From positions 99,411,360 to 99,475,359 of the forward strand of contig NC_068986.1 of the NCBI RefSeq assembly GCF_001194135.2: a stretch of DNA of 64,000 nt. Direction: 5' to 3'. Positions 22,608-36,190 of this stretch are shown here, one piece after another. Position numbers and translations under genes: made by a program. Source of the DNA: Octopus bimaculoides. Lineage: Eukaryota. The notes beneath the pieces were generated by a model, which worked only from the letters and a program-made list of their open reading frames with translations, had not been told where the DNA came from and searched no databases. Positions within the stretch are counted from its first letter, which is position 1; the number at the start of each line of letters is the position of its first letter.

Positions 22608-23041
22608 CAAAGCTGACACCGACCCACTACTCTATTATCGCTGTATCACACTACAGGTGTCTATAAAGTGTGTTTATACGTGGTTACTGATGGCATGGCA
22701 CATTGAGTCCTCGACTAAGACACCATCGATTAACAGAACCTACATCTACGCCATTCCTGCGAAAAAAAAAAAACAAAAAACAAAAACAAACAAACAGAAA
22801 GAAGAGAAAGGTAATGGATGTCCAGAGGGGTAGTAGAGATAAGGGAATGGTTAATCAGCTTTACCAAAGTCGATGCTAAACCACGCTAAAGTGATTTATT
22901 TCTAAATCATGTCATCCCAAAACTCCGGGTGCACGAGATGATTTAGCAGCAACGTTATTGATGGAAATACGTTTGTGCACGGAAGGAGTATCACACGTTC
23001 AGGTCTGTGTGTGACTATGTGCTTGTGTGTGTGTGTATGTA

Positions 23042-23095
<54 letters not shown>

Positions 23096-23300
23096 NNNNN
23101 NNNNNNNNNNNNNNNNNNNNNNNNNNNNNNNNNNNNNNNNNNNNNNNNNNNNNNNNNNNNNNNNNNNNNNNNNNNNNNNNNNNNNNCGTGTGTGTGTGTG
23201 CCTGTGTGTGTATGTGTGTGCGAGCGTGCATGTGTGCGTGTGTGTGTTTGTGTGTTTGTGTGTACGTGTGTGTGTTTGTGTGTACGTGTGTGTTTGTGTG

Positions 23301-23335
<35 letters not shown>

Positions 23336-23554
23336 CTGTGTGTGTGTGAGGTGGCATGAGTATTAGTGTAGTTAATTTCACCGTTACAAATAGTGTGAGA
23401 TTAAGAGAACACCGTATGAGCTGCTATTTATGCGTATTTATTTGTGTGTGTGTGTATGTATATATATATATATATATATGTGGGTGTATTTGTTTCGTTT
23501 GTGTGTGTGTGCGTGTGCGTGTGTGTGTGTGTACAATTGTGTATATTTCCGTGT

Positions 23555-23670
23555 AAGGCAGCCAACTGGTAGAGTTATTAGAACGTCGAACAAATTGTTT
23601 GGCGTTCATCATATCGGCTTTCTTCGCTCACAGTTCAAATCCTACAAGATCAACTTTGTCTTTCGTCCTA
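23555..23670 (+). mobile_element. Degenerate SINE-B, 3' truncated
   Basis: aaggcagccaactggtagagttattag, cagttcaaatcc, caactttgtctttcgtcc. Confidence 0.65.
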
Positions 23671-23672
23671 TA

Positions 23673-23825
23673 ACCCCAGTAATATACTGGTACTTATTAT
23701 ATCCTTCCCGAAAGGACGAAAGCCAAAGTCGACCTCGGAGGGATTTGAACTGAGAACATAAAGACGGACGAAAACCCACTAGGCATTTTTCTTTGTGTGC
23801 TCACCATTCTGCCAGCCACCGCATC
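23673..23825 (-). mobile_element. SINE-B, tail-to-tail with the preceding copy
   Basis: actggtacttatt, gaaaggacgaaagccaaagtcgacctcggagggatttgaac, attctgccagc. Confidence 0.8.
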
Positions 23826-24511
23826 CCACCTTTCAAAATGAATATATGCTGTTTAAGGCGGCTTAATGGCAGAATATATANNNNNNNNNNNNNNNNNNNN
23901 NNNNNNNNNNNNNNNNNNNNNNNNNNNNNNNNNNNNNNNNNNNNNNNNNNNNNNNNNNNNNNNNNNNNNNNNNNNNNNNNNNNNNNNNNNNNNNNNNNNN
24001 NNNNNNNNNNNNNNNNNNNNNNNNNNNNNNNNNNNNNNNNNNNNNNNNNNNNNNNNNNNNNNNNNNNNNNNNNNNNNNNNNNNNNNNNNNNNNNNNNNNN
24101 NNNNNNNNNNNNNNNNNNNNNNNNNNNNNNNNNNNNNNNNNNNNNNNNNNNNNNNNNNNNNNNNNNNNNNNNNNNNNNNNNNNNNNNNNNNNNNNNNNNN
24201 NNNNNNNNNNNNNNNNNNNNNNNNNNNNNNNNNNNNNNNNNNNNNNNNNNNNNNNNNNNNNNNNNNNNNNNNNNNNNNNNNNNNNNNNNNNNNNNNNNNN
24301 NNNNNNNNNNNNNNNNNNNNNNNNNNNNNNNNNNNNNNNNNNNNNNNNNNNNNNNNNNNNNNNNNNNNNNNNNNNNNNNNNNNNNNNNNNNNNNNNNNNN
24401 NNNNNNNNNNNNNNNNNNNNNNNNNNNNNNNNNNNNNNNNNNNNNNNNNNNNNNNNNNNNNNNNNNNNNNNNNNNNNNNNNNNCAGACAGAGACAGACAG
24501 ACACAGACACA

Positions 24512-24550
<39 letters not shown>

Positions 24551-25284
24551 CTATCTCAATATACACGTGTATCATTTATAAACTCAACCATCACTCGCAA
24601 GCGGATATGAACTAGTAACATGTACCATGCTTTCGTTAAATTCCGTTTTAGGTGCTTACGACGCCGTGAGCTGACATACATACCTTCTCAGCCCTCTAAC
24701 TCTTGATCTAGCAGAACATCCAGGCTTTCAAAGATGGACGGAGAGGGTTTTTTCTCAAAGACACAACGTATTGCCCAGTCTAAAAATTGAACTATTTTCC
24801 TTGTGATCATATGATCATGAGCAGAACAATCTGACTACTATGCTATGAAACTTCACACACACACACACACACACATACACATACAATCACACACACACAC
24901 GCACACAGCGCAGACGTACATGCACACGCATACGCGTACACACACATAAACACGTATAAACAATTCATAAATATATAAACAAAGAATATAGTTATAAAGG
25001 TCCCATGATTGATATTGCCATCTCAATTTGTTTACTTTAAAATAATCAAAGATATTTATCATTATATAAAATTTCAACTTGTTTTGCACAAAAATACTCA
25101 GTGTATTATTTTCAATAACTTTATATTTTATTAATGAGAATATGTTATAATTACACAATTATTTTTGGTTAGTTTTTAAAAAATTGTATGTTTTTCTTTT
25201 TTGTTTCGTTTTGATATTATACTCATAACCTGCAATACATATGTTGTTGAAAATATTTAATAAGAATGTAAGGAAAAAGTCTAT

Positions 25285-25344
<60 letters not shown>

Positions 25345-25389
25345 NNNNNNNNNNTATGTGTGTATGTATGTATGTGTGTATACATGTAA

Positions 25390-25429
<40 letters not shown>

Positions 25430-25714
25430 AAAGTTATATATAAACTTACGTACATACATACGTGCACACCCATAGCTATAAATATAAATACATACACATG
25501 CACATGTTTTGTTTGGTAAGTTCGACCAAATGATGATTTGTTGGTGTTATGATAAATAAAATGAGAAGCATTATAAAATGCATACTTTTATGTTTAAATT
25601 TAGATCGGTTACTGATGGGAAAAGATTGAAATATTAGTATTAAAAAAAAAATGTATCGATTATTATATTCGTAAAATAACACAACTTTGTAATGTTGCGT
25701 AATGAAAGCCGAGA

Positions 25715-25985
25715 ACGGGGTAAGCTGGCGGAATCGTTTGAAGCTGTTAGTAAATGCCTTGTGGTATTGCTTTCAGAGCTGGCAGAGATGTTAGTATGCC
25801 GTGCAAAAGGCTTTGCTGCATTTCATCTGTCTCGGCGTTCTGAGTTTGATTTCTGCCGAAGACAACTTTGTCTTTCATCGTTTTGGGGTCGATAAATAAG
25901 TACTAATTGAGCAATAGCATTGATTTAATCGATTCATCCCTTCCTGAAATTGCTGGCTTTATGTCAAAATTTGAAACCAATATTA
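25715..25985 (+). mobile_element. SINE-B with a duplicated head
   Basis: Head gctggcggaatcgtt at about 25723 is repeated as gagctggcagagatgttag at about 25776; gaaattgctggc..tttgaaaccaatatt tail. Confidence 0.75.
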
Positions 25986-26544
25986 CGCAATGAAAACATA
26001 AATCTGAGTTTCCAAGATGATGCTCTGTTACTTGAAGACTAGCTTTGAATTAGTAAAACTACAAAAATGTTACACGAAATAGTACGTCTTCTATAATAAA
26101 TACAGCTGCTTATTAATTCTATAAAATCTACATTATTAAGGAAATTCTTAATAAAAAAAAAGAAAAATGGCGAACAATAAATATAATATAAAAAGTTTCA
26201 AGATAGGTGACTAAATTTTTTTAAAAGCTTTAGATATGGTAAAGAAATGTAGGAGGACGGTGTTATTATTAAACAAATTGGAAAAATATTATTCTTGGTA
26301 AAAGGGAAAAAAAGTTGTTTTGTCGAGATAATATAGCGTAAGAACACGAGCGCTTCCTTCTAAAGTAGCCCTATTACAACTTTCCAGTTTCCAACACCAT
26401 TCATATGCCCGAGTCTCGTGTTTTCTTTGTATTGAAAATTGTCCTTCATCGCCTTACCCGTTGCGGAAAATACAGGGTGTAAATTAATGTTTAGTTTCAT
26501 TGCATTGACGCTATTGCATAATTGTTTTAGTGTACCGGAAAAAT

Positions 26545-26795
26545 ATGGAGACGCATGGCCTAGTGTTTGGGGCATTGCATTCACGATCACAAGATCGTAG
26601 TTTTGACTACTGGGCTGGGTGATGCGTTTGTGTTCTTTAGCAAAACATTTCATTTCCTGTTGTTCCAGTCTACACATCTTAAATGAGTAACCCTGCAACA
26701 GATTGACATTTCGTTCAGAGGGAATGTTGTGGAGTCGGTCACTCGTACGCCATGGAAACTTAGTAGCATGCTCTGGTTCCTAGGTCACGATACAG
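26545..26795 (+). mobile_element. SINE head C plus tail Y (degenerate)
   Basis: ggagacgcatggcctagtg head; aaatgagtaaccctgc and tacgccatggaaact tail motifs shared with the 16761 copy. Confidence 0.7.
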
Positions 26796-27794
26796 TTATG
26801 TCCAAGAATGTTGTTGTTGTTGATGTTGATGAAGAAGAAATACATTCAAAAGAGGTACACACTACTGGACATATTCTAGAGAATATTCTAAGAATATTCT
26901 ATCAGAACATGCACCAACGATAACAATTAGAATCACTCTTACCACATTGTCGAAGATAAGCCAGAAATGCAAGTACATAGAACACCACCGAAGAATTGGT
27001 AACTAAACTGATTCCATTTTCCAGAACTTGCTCTATAAGAGCTTCTTTGCTCTATTTTCTCTTATGCTCCGTCGATACATTGGATTCTTAATCCACCACC
27101 ACTGCTTGGGTCACATACTCTCATCTTAAGTATCACGAATTCATTGGCCACGATATCTAACAAGCTGCTATCATTTTCGTCCGATATCCCTTTGTTCTTT
27201 AAACATCCCGTGGGTTCTGCACCGAAGCTATGATCTCGTTCAGTTTCTCCTCCGTAGTTTCTTCTATCTCAAAAGTTTTCCTGCAAGTCCTTCTTGTCAA
27301 TACTATTGCAATTACAGCACGCATACACACCAATATTCACACGCTCACACAAACAGAAACGTCTATTCACATGTGTCCGAATAGGTGTCAGTCTATTCGT
27401 CTTTAGACGTATGTAAGTATCTGTGTGTGTATGTGTAAGTAAGTGTGCTTAGGTACTTTTACGCAGCATTTTATAAGTTGCTAATTAGTATCTCAGAGTC
27501 AAACCATTGACGTCACTATTGAATTATGAAATACTTAAATCATGTTTAGAGTTTTATTGGCAAATCTAAGCAACGTATTTATACATACACACACACACAT
27601 ATATATATGCAACTATATATATATACATGTAATATATACATGTATATATATGTGTATATATTATAAATATTCTATATATACAAGCATATATGCATACGTA
27701 TATACAAAAACATACATACACATACATACACACAGATAAAGTGAGCAGCGATATTGTTCCTGCTCACTATACTTCGAAATTCTGGCAAAATGAC

Positions 27795-27828
<34 letters not shown>

Positions 27829-27930
27829 NNNNNNNNNNNNNNNNNNNNNNNNNNNNNNNNNNNNNNNNNNNNNNNNNNNNNNNNNNNNNNNNNNNNNNNN
27901 NNNNNNNNNNNNNNNNNNNNNNNNNNNNNN

Positions 27931-27968
<38 letters not shown>

Positions 27969-28226
27969 TGTGTATACGTATATATGTATTGTATATGCAT
28001 ATATATGTATAATATCTATCTATATATTATATACATACGCATGTATATATATATATGTATGTATGTATGCACATGAATACACATATACTCGTCGCTTAGA
28101 TTTTCGAAAACTGAGCTGTAAAATAGATTTATACATTACATAAGTTCAGTTGTGATGTGAAAGACATACGTACACGCATCCGCATGTATGTATGTATGTA
28201 TGTATGTATGTATGTATGTATGTATG

Positions 28227-28257
<31 letters not shown>

Positions 28258-28559
28258 TCCTCTCATTCTTTCATTCTCTCTCTCTCTATCTATCTGTCTA
28301 TTTGTCTGTCTTTATTTCCTTCTTTCAGTCTCTCTCTCTACACACACACATATATATCAAAGTGTTTTAAATATATAATACCAGAACATTCATTGAATAA
28401 AGTCAATACAGGTATAAACTCTTACATATATTAGAGAATACATCCATACACACGCGCACCCACATACATACTCAAGCAAATATGAAATTATAAGTAGACA
28501 TATTGAAATAGACACATATATACATAAATAAATTGTTCTAAAGACAGCAATTAATGTTG

Positions 28560-29100
28560 CTTTGCTGACTATAAGCTTGTTAACTACTTATAAATGCTGT
28601 CGTCTCATCTGGACGACGTGACACAGGCTGTAGAGCGAGCGATATAATCATCGATTTCCTCAAACCAAAATCATAGAAATCCTCACGTGTGTCGATCGAC
28701 CGGGGCATTGACATGTTGGTCTTGCTCAACGGAACTTAAATACGATCACTATTATGTTAAAGAACTGATACTGAACTTCCTTGTAGATAACGCAATATGC
28801 ATTGGGGAAGAGTATTTCTTGCTAATAGTGGTGCATGTATTAATGTATAGAATTGATTCTGGCAAAACGGGTATTAAAACTGATTCAATATCTCGAATCA
28901 CGCTAGATTGGACTCGCATAGCTATTATAACTAGCGGCTATCTGAAGATGTTTCAAAATGTCATAGTTGTGTGAATACTGTTTGATAAAGCAGACAAAAT
29001 GAACCGTGATCAAAATAGCCATCTTTGTCATACTTAACAGAAATACACCGTTAACAAGAATGCTGCTGTTCATTTAAGGTTTGGCACGCTACAAGCATGT
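28560..29100 (+). mobile_element. Possible highly decayed PLE RT fragment
   Basis: KELILNFLVDNAICIGEEYF in ORF 28687-28974 weakly resembles L.FLIDNIFV.FG..VF of PLE RTs; the other motifs are unclear. Confidence 0.3.
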
Positions 29101-29273
29101 ACACGTTATTGACAAATTTCAAGAAGGCCAAAATGTATCTGTTGTTCTCTCGAAACACTGGCGGAACGATTTCTTTCTCTCTCCCAAAATATTTTTTCTT
29201 TTTAAGATAGCATATCTATGAAGATACATATTTTCTCTTGGACGAAACATGTTCGTAACTACTCACAGAATGA

Positions 29274-29413
29274 AGTAGTTGTATGCTGTCAACTTAATGT
29301 GACAGTCCCCTGAAGGGAATAATCCTACTGTTGGTTAGACCTATTATTGTTATTATTATTAGTATTATTCCCTTCAGGGGACTGTCAGATTAAGTTGACA
29401 GCATACAACTACT
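29274..29413. repeat. Near-perfect 50-bp inverted repeat with a 40-nt loop
   Basis: 29274-29323 versus the reverse complement of 29364-29413: 49/50 identical. Confidence 0.97.
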
Positions 29414-29664
29414 GCATAAATCTCTCTGAGAGATTTAGAAATGTATTATTTCTATATTCAAAGAATATAAGAACAAGCTGTTTTGATTTCTAATCTTTAA
29501 TTTTTATTTCCTAATTCTTGACGTTCAAATTTTCATTTTGATAAGATTGATATACAAATCGAAACCGGTAATATTTTATAAAAGTCACTTAATGAGACAA
29601 ATATAAAAATGCTTATCCTGTCCGATTAAAAGAAAGTAACAAGAAATTTTAGATATACTCCCGT

Positions 29665-29729
<65 letters not shown>

Positions 29730-32700
29730 ACATATAGAGAGTATTCGTATGTCCATATTTATGTTGCATAGACATCAGGAAATTTTGATTTATTATCGAA
29801 TTTTTATTCGCAATATAACTTATTCATATGACATAATTTCTGTTAGACTAATTGATATAGCTGTTTTCTTAAAAAGATAGGTATCTAACTCCCTTATAAA
29901 TGTAGAGGTTAATTTTGTCAATATTCACCTATAAGTAATAGACATAAGAATTCATGATATGCAAAAGATTTAACAATAATAAATTGCTTGAGTAATATTT
30001 AGGGTGAGTGTAATTCATCCCGCCTGAATTTTTGAAAAGATTTTTAACTGATCAGCCATTTTTTCTAAGATTGAACTCTTATTACAATTATGATATAATG
30101 AGAGCAGTACCTAGATTTTAAGAACTTGTACATCTCAATTAAATATTGTATGTTATGCAATTATATTGACTATCTATTTTTAAAGAATATTTTTTTTTTA
30201 ATATTTTCATTTCTTCATATTCTGCAGGTTCCAAATTTAATTAAGACATTTAATAAATATAATTTTTGTCTTTACTTGTTCAATATATGTTCCTTTGCTG
30301 ACGGCAAGATGGTAAAATTTTAAAATTAAATTGTTTGCCCATTTAAAATGCAATCTTTAATATGAGATATATTCAGTTTAAATACAAAGACACTTTAAAA
30401 GAATTTTTAAAAATTATCAGAAAAATAAATGTTATATTGGGCGCTTTTTAATTCGTTAACTTATTGAAATTTAGGTAGTCTTTCTAAGTGAAGACTTCAT
30501 AAATTATCTTTTAAAAATATTGTTTGCCTAAAAAACATTTAAAAGTGTTTTATTTCATGTTTTGCTAACTCAGTACATATTTACATTTGCTTAGAAGAGT
30601 TCTTTATAAACAACGTTTATCGTTTTGATGTGTCGTTGTGGCTGATTTGAAGGAGACTTGTCTAATACTTTTAGCAGATCAAGTAACCGCATAATGGCTC
30701 TTATATTTGTGAATATGTGAATGTGTGTTAGTATTATTTTGTTTATGTTAGTAATATCATAGTAATATTTGTGGCTGAAGACAACGTCAAAGGGAATTTT
30801 CTTTCATCAAATAATTTTGTCCACAATATAAATATAATATTTCAATGAAATGCCTTACTCGAAATTTCTTCGTATATAAGTAAAATGGTAAATGATAAAT
30901 TTCAGTGAATAATTTTTAGTCAAGATAAAGAATCTTTCCGTGATTTTAAATTTAGTTAGTTCTGTATATTGTCAACTCTATGTAGAAAATGTATCTTTCA
31001 TACCAACAGCAGAAAACGACTGTCTTACTATCTAAAGATTTTGTAAAAGAACTTACCCGCCTGAGAAATATATAATTTCAAATGAAAGAAAGAACAATGT
31101 TTAATTCAAAGTTTAATTCACAACAGAATTAACTGTTTCACTGTGTGAAAGTTTTAGAGAATCTACAGCTATTTTACAACCATTCTTTTTCTTATTCCAT
31201 TGCCACTTCTTTATCTTTTACCTCTCAATCGATTGTAGTTAAGAGTAAAATATTCATGACCGTTTGACATTGAATAACTTTGAACATCAAGTGTGGCGTC
31301 ATTCAGATTATGTATTGTGACGTCACTGAAGTCATAAGACTTGAAAATGTTCAGGATCTGATGATAAAGTCTGAATTACGGAGTGACAAATGAAAAGAAA
31401 GACAATAAACACTGCTCTTTTAAAATTATGATTATACGATTAAAAAGCTTAAATTTTTACAATGGCCGTCTGATAATAGCTAGCCTCAGATGTTTAATTT
31501 CTCTCTTTTTCTTTTAAATGAGGTTGTTTTTGTCACTGAATTTTGTATAAATAACAGGTCACATACAATATTTATGGTATTTGGTCTCTGAAGTGAGTTG
31601 GAAACGACTGAGGGAAACTTAGTGCTTATAAACACACTAAAGTTTTACCTGTCATAAGACAGGTAACTTTGGAAGTATACCTTTGCCATCATGGGTAATA
31701 TCAGGAAATATGGAACACGTACTATAATCATAATTTAACTTTCATCAAATTTCTGGCTGCTTATACAAAGTTATGAAATGAATTTTCGAAACGAAAATTT
31801 TTTTTACTTTAAAATATAATTAAATAAAAGAAATTTGTCATTTGCATATTTTCGCCCGTAACTATTCTGTAATTTACTCCCTCTCCTCCTTCTTTGATTC
31901 TGTGATTCTTTCTCATTCTGCTTGTGTCGTTGTGTGTGTAGTGTTCCTTTACTCATTATCTGCCACCAAGCCTAGTACGTTAATTCTCTCTGTTACTTTT
32001 TTACTCCTTCTTACCCTGTCTCTATACGGTAAAGAGTATAAATGGAGAAATCAACCAATGAACATTTGCTATTATTATATAGAAATAAAACTATGTGTTT
32101 TAGTATGTATTGGATTATGCACCGAATAGTGGCCTTTTTATTTATTCTGCTATGACTATATTCTAGATAAACGTATATATTATAGTTTCTATAATGTCGC
32201 GCTTTTCGAAACACAAAATCAACCACAGAAAATTTCAAGTTAAAAAATTGCTGTTCTTTCCAGAAAATTCTTCATTCAAACATCATTGCAAAAGGCAGAT
32301 TTATTTAAAATAAGTGAAATGGTAGGCTGTTTATTTTGAATGAAACGACGGCTGTATCTTTTGAATGAGATGGCTACCGATAAGTGATAAATTCGGATGT
32401 AAATCTAATCGAATCCAGTAACCGAACTCTTTACTTCCCAACTTCGAGGACGACATTTTTGTCCTTATTAAGCGTGTTCAAGATATATATGAATCTTTTT
32501 TCAGTAAGATTTTAAAAGGAAAATAAAGAACTTTCGCAATTCAGCGAATATATATAATTTTTTCTCTAATGAAACTAGAAATCTGGATCATGTAAGTCCG
32601 TTTATCAACAACAATCTGAGTAGAAATGGTATAAGCTCTTTATACAGGAATACCAACTTGAATTCTGTAAAGAAAATTTAGTAATTCACTTCAGAACTCT

Positions 32701-33118
32701 ACAGATGTAAAACTGAATCTCTGAATCCTCAACATCCATGAATTAGATTTCAATTGGAACCAATCTGTCTGATAAATCCATCTAAATATGGTATTGATAA
32801 AATTAGTCAGGGAATAATTTCCAAGTGAAAAACAAAGAAAAAAAAGCCCAAAATCGCAGTTGAATTTATAGATTAATCAATCAGAAGTGATAGATCTGTT
32901 TTGTAACATAGATAATTCCGTATTAGGTTTCTACAATTTCACTACATAACATCTATGCATCTGTTACGGGATTTCTAGCAGATAAAGCCATTACTTATGC
33001 TACAACTATAACGAACACAGATTTTAGAATTAGTGTTACGTTACAGTCAAGAGAAAACAGTTAATAACTTCAGTCACTCATCATGGATAAAGAAATCAAC
33101 CAGTAATCCAATGTAACA

Positions 33119-33269
33119 GCAGGAGTGGCTATGTGGTAAGTGGCTTGCTTACTAATCACATGGTACCGGGTTCAGTCCCACTGTGTGACACCTTGTCTTC
33201 TATTAAAGCGTCGGGCCGACCAAAGCCTTGTGAGTGGATTTGGTAGATGGAAACTGAAAAGAAACCGTC

Positions 33270-33314
<45 letters not shown>

Positions 33315-33478
33315 TGTATATGTTAGCGTATGTCCCCCAACATCGCCTGACAACCGATGCTGGTGTGTTTACGTCCACGTCACTTAGCGGTTCGGCAAGA
33401 GAAACCGCTAGAATAAGTACTAGGCTTACAAGGAATAAGTCCTGGGGCCGCAGTCAAATGACTGAAACAAATAAAAGA
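33119..33478 (+). mobile_element. SINE-D with internal (TA)n
   Basis: gcaggagtggctatgtggtaag head, gggttcagtccc B-box, TA run, tail ggccgcagtcaaatgactgaaac. Confidence 0.9.
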
Positions 33479-35606
33479 AAAAAAAAGAATGTGCAAAGTG
33501 ATTCGGTGGATGTTACTGAACTTAACTGGAATTTATATAATAAATAACTGTATAAACTGCACGAGTGTATATACTAAATGAATGTTTATACTACATGAAT
33601 ATATGTATATTACATGAATGTACCGCAGCAACTAAAAGGAAAAGATTCATATGTTTAAGAAAAGATTATATTGAGATTATGGATTAACAATGCTTACTAG
33701 CTGTAAACCACGTAGTACAGTTAGAATTGTGAAGGATCGCTATAAGTTTAAAGATTAAGGACTTAGAACAATTTTAATACCTTAATACGGTCAACGTTCT
33801 AGATGCCAGTACAGACTCAATGTAATCTAACTTCCTTATTGAAAACCTAATGCACTATTAAAATATATCATTAACAAATGGTCTCAACCACCTACAAATT
33901 ATAATCAGGAACTTGCTTAAGAACATATTCCTCAGAGCAATTAGTATATGTAATAATGAGCAAATTGTTAATGATTATTCCTTTCTTAGAAACGGATTTA
34001 AAGATAAAATTCCTTAATTCCATTCTTAAATAGAGTTAAGAACAGTTGAAATATCCAGATCTCCTGGAGTGATCCTCCTCATAATTCAGAAGCAATTGCT
34101 AGAATGCCTTAAATATTTTATATCTGTTTAGCATAAATTTTCCCTCTCAGAATAAATGCCATAAATATTTTTTATAAAAATGGTGTGAACTAATCCCGTA
34201 TTGTTATGGTCAATTAAACATAAAGGATACTACAAAGGATAATACAAAACTTGATTCGCTTTAGCTAAATGAATAAAAATCGCTCTAGTGATAACACAAA
34301 CTAAAATTGTACTAACCAAAATAAGTGTTCTCTTAACTCTAACTGCTTTGCTATAGGAATAGTTTACTATGATTTTGTTATTCAACTGCTTGTAAGCCAT
34401 ACATAAGTTTAGCTACTAATAAATTCAGGATAAGAAAATGGTATTACCATTTAGTTTTAAGAGCCCTACTAGAAAAGTTCAACGTCTGTATATACATTTG
34501 GTGCATTGAATCATTTTGACCATGGAAAAATCTTACATTCGTAAGAAAATGCAATGCAGCTTATGTACTGCTGAAGAGATGGAGGTCTTATTTGCTAAAT
34601 ATTCAGTGATTAAAAAGAAATTTAGAAATAATTATGTTGTTTAATTATAAAATATCTATAATTTATGTGCATTAAATACCAACTGAGTACCTCTACGATG
34701 ACTAATATAACTATTACGATTACAATGGTTTGTTATATCATTATTAAACTAAACGATCCCGACAATTGATACGTATTCTACATACCTCTAAGAAGTAATT
34801 CTTTTAATGTTTTATCTTTTATTGTTGGATTACTCTATCCCTTTATGATAATAGCTGATATAAATGTTGGTTGATTTCTGCAGTCCGTTTTATATCGTTT
34901 ATGAAAACGGGGAGAGGGGAGTAAGATAAAGATTCGGTGCCAATTCACATAAAAGGTACAAAATGAGTGTACATACTAAGCTTGCTGACAGACAATGAGT
35001 AAAGAAACGCTACACACAGTGAAAAAAGAAAACTAAGGAGACAGAGGAAGAAGAGGAAGTAGAGGAGGAGGAGAGAGAAAGTAAATGACTGAAGTTATGG
35101 GAGAAGTTACCCAAATGTCCAGCCTTGCGTGTACATATGCAATTCATGGTATATTCTGACCAACGGAATCTATAGAATAATAAAGAATAGTGATTAAGAT
35201 GACATTTTTATTCATAACTTTGACTTACTGTTATAATAACACTTTAATTGGACTACCCATGCTAATGTACAGTATTCGTATATTAATATTTGAGTAGTAT
35301 AGATAGAGACAATAAAACTTTTATCTATAATAAAATTTTTATTCTTACTATAATTTATTCATAAGTCACTGTTTGATTGTTTCAACGATTAATGACATTG
35401 CGAAACTAGACTAATTGATATAGCGTGACTTATTTTCTGAAATAGATATGTATCTAACACTCATTAATATTTAACGTTAATCAATAAATAAAAGTAATAA
35501 CTTAGGAATTTATGATATACGAAAGGGTTAAATTAGTAATAAATTGATTTACTAATTGTCCACATTGGACGTTTGGACAAAACTATTTCTGCAAAGACTG
35601 AATATA

Positions 35607-35815
35607 ATAATTCTTTCTGCACAAGGCCTTGATTTAAGAGAAGGGTCTCATCGATTACATCGACCAGTGATTGACTGGTACTTATTTTATCGACCACAAA
35701 AGAATGAAAGGCAAAGCTGACCTTAGCGGAACTCGAACTCAAAACGTAAAGCCGGAATGAAATATCGCTAGGCATTTCATCCTGCATGCTAACGATTTTG
35801 CCCGTTCCCCTTCCT
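35607..35815 (-). mobile_element. SINE-B
   Basis: tcgattacatcgacc, gaatgaaaggcaaag, gctaacgattttgcc. Confidence 0.8.
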
Positions 35816-35829
35816 TAATAGTCTCACTG

Positions 35830-36025
35830 TTGCCACAAGGTCAGCAATTTTAAAGGAGGTATTAGTCGATAACATCGACCCCAGAGCACAGCTGGTACTT
35901 ATTTTACCGAACCCTAAACAATGAAACGCAAGGCTGATCTCGGCGGGATCTGAACTCAAAATGGAAAAAAAGTGTTGCTAAGTTTTATGTCCGATGCGTT
36001 AACGAGTCAGCCACCTCGCCACCTT
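35830..36025 (-). mobile_element. SINE-B, tandem with the preceding copy
   Basis: catcgaccccag, ggtacttatttta, ctcggcgggatctgaactc, ctcgccacc. Confidence 0.8.
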
Positions 36026-36084
36026 AAGCGATTATAGCAGAAGGCATGTAATACCTAAATTTTCTGAGCAATTAGTATTCAAAT

Positions 36085-36190
36085 AAGTGACGGGAGAATA
36101 TCTAGGATGATATCCAATGTGTCCTATTTTAAAGTCGGTGTGATTTGATGTTGATTTGGTTGCTATTTCTAGTAGATCGAATTGCTATGC
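36085..36190 (-). mobile_element. SINE-E fragment
   Basis: gtgtgatttgatgttgatttggttgctatttctagtagatcga is the reverse complement of the motif at 45825-45875. Confidence 0.5.

Noticed and set aside
26830-27300. Purine-rich, coding-like stretch on the minus strand
   Set aside because: It has multiple stops and no identifiable motif.
30228-30311. 84-nt phase 0-0 candidate exon VPNLIKTFNKYNFCLYLFNICSFADGKM
   Set aside because: The acceptor is good, but the donor is weak, GC is intron-like and there is no recognisable protein; it is expected by chance in AT-rich DNA.
31558-31662. AG/GT-bounded candidate exon
   Set aside because: It has stops in all three frames.
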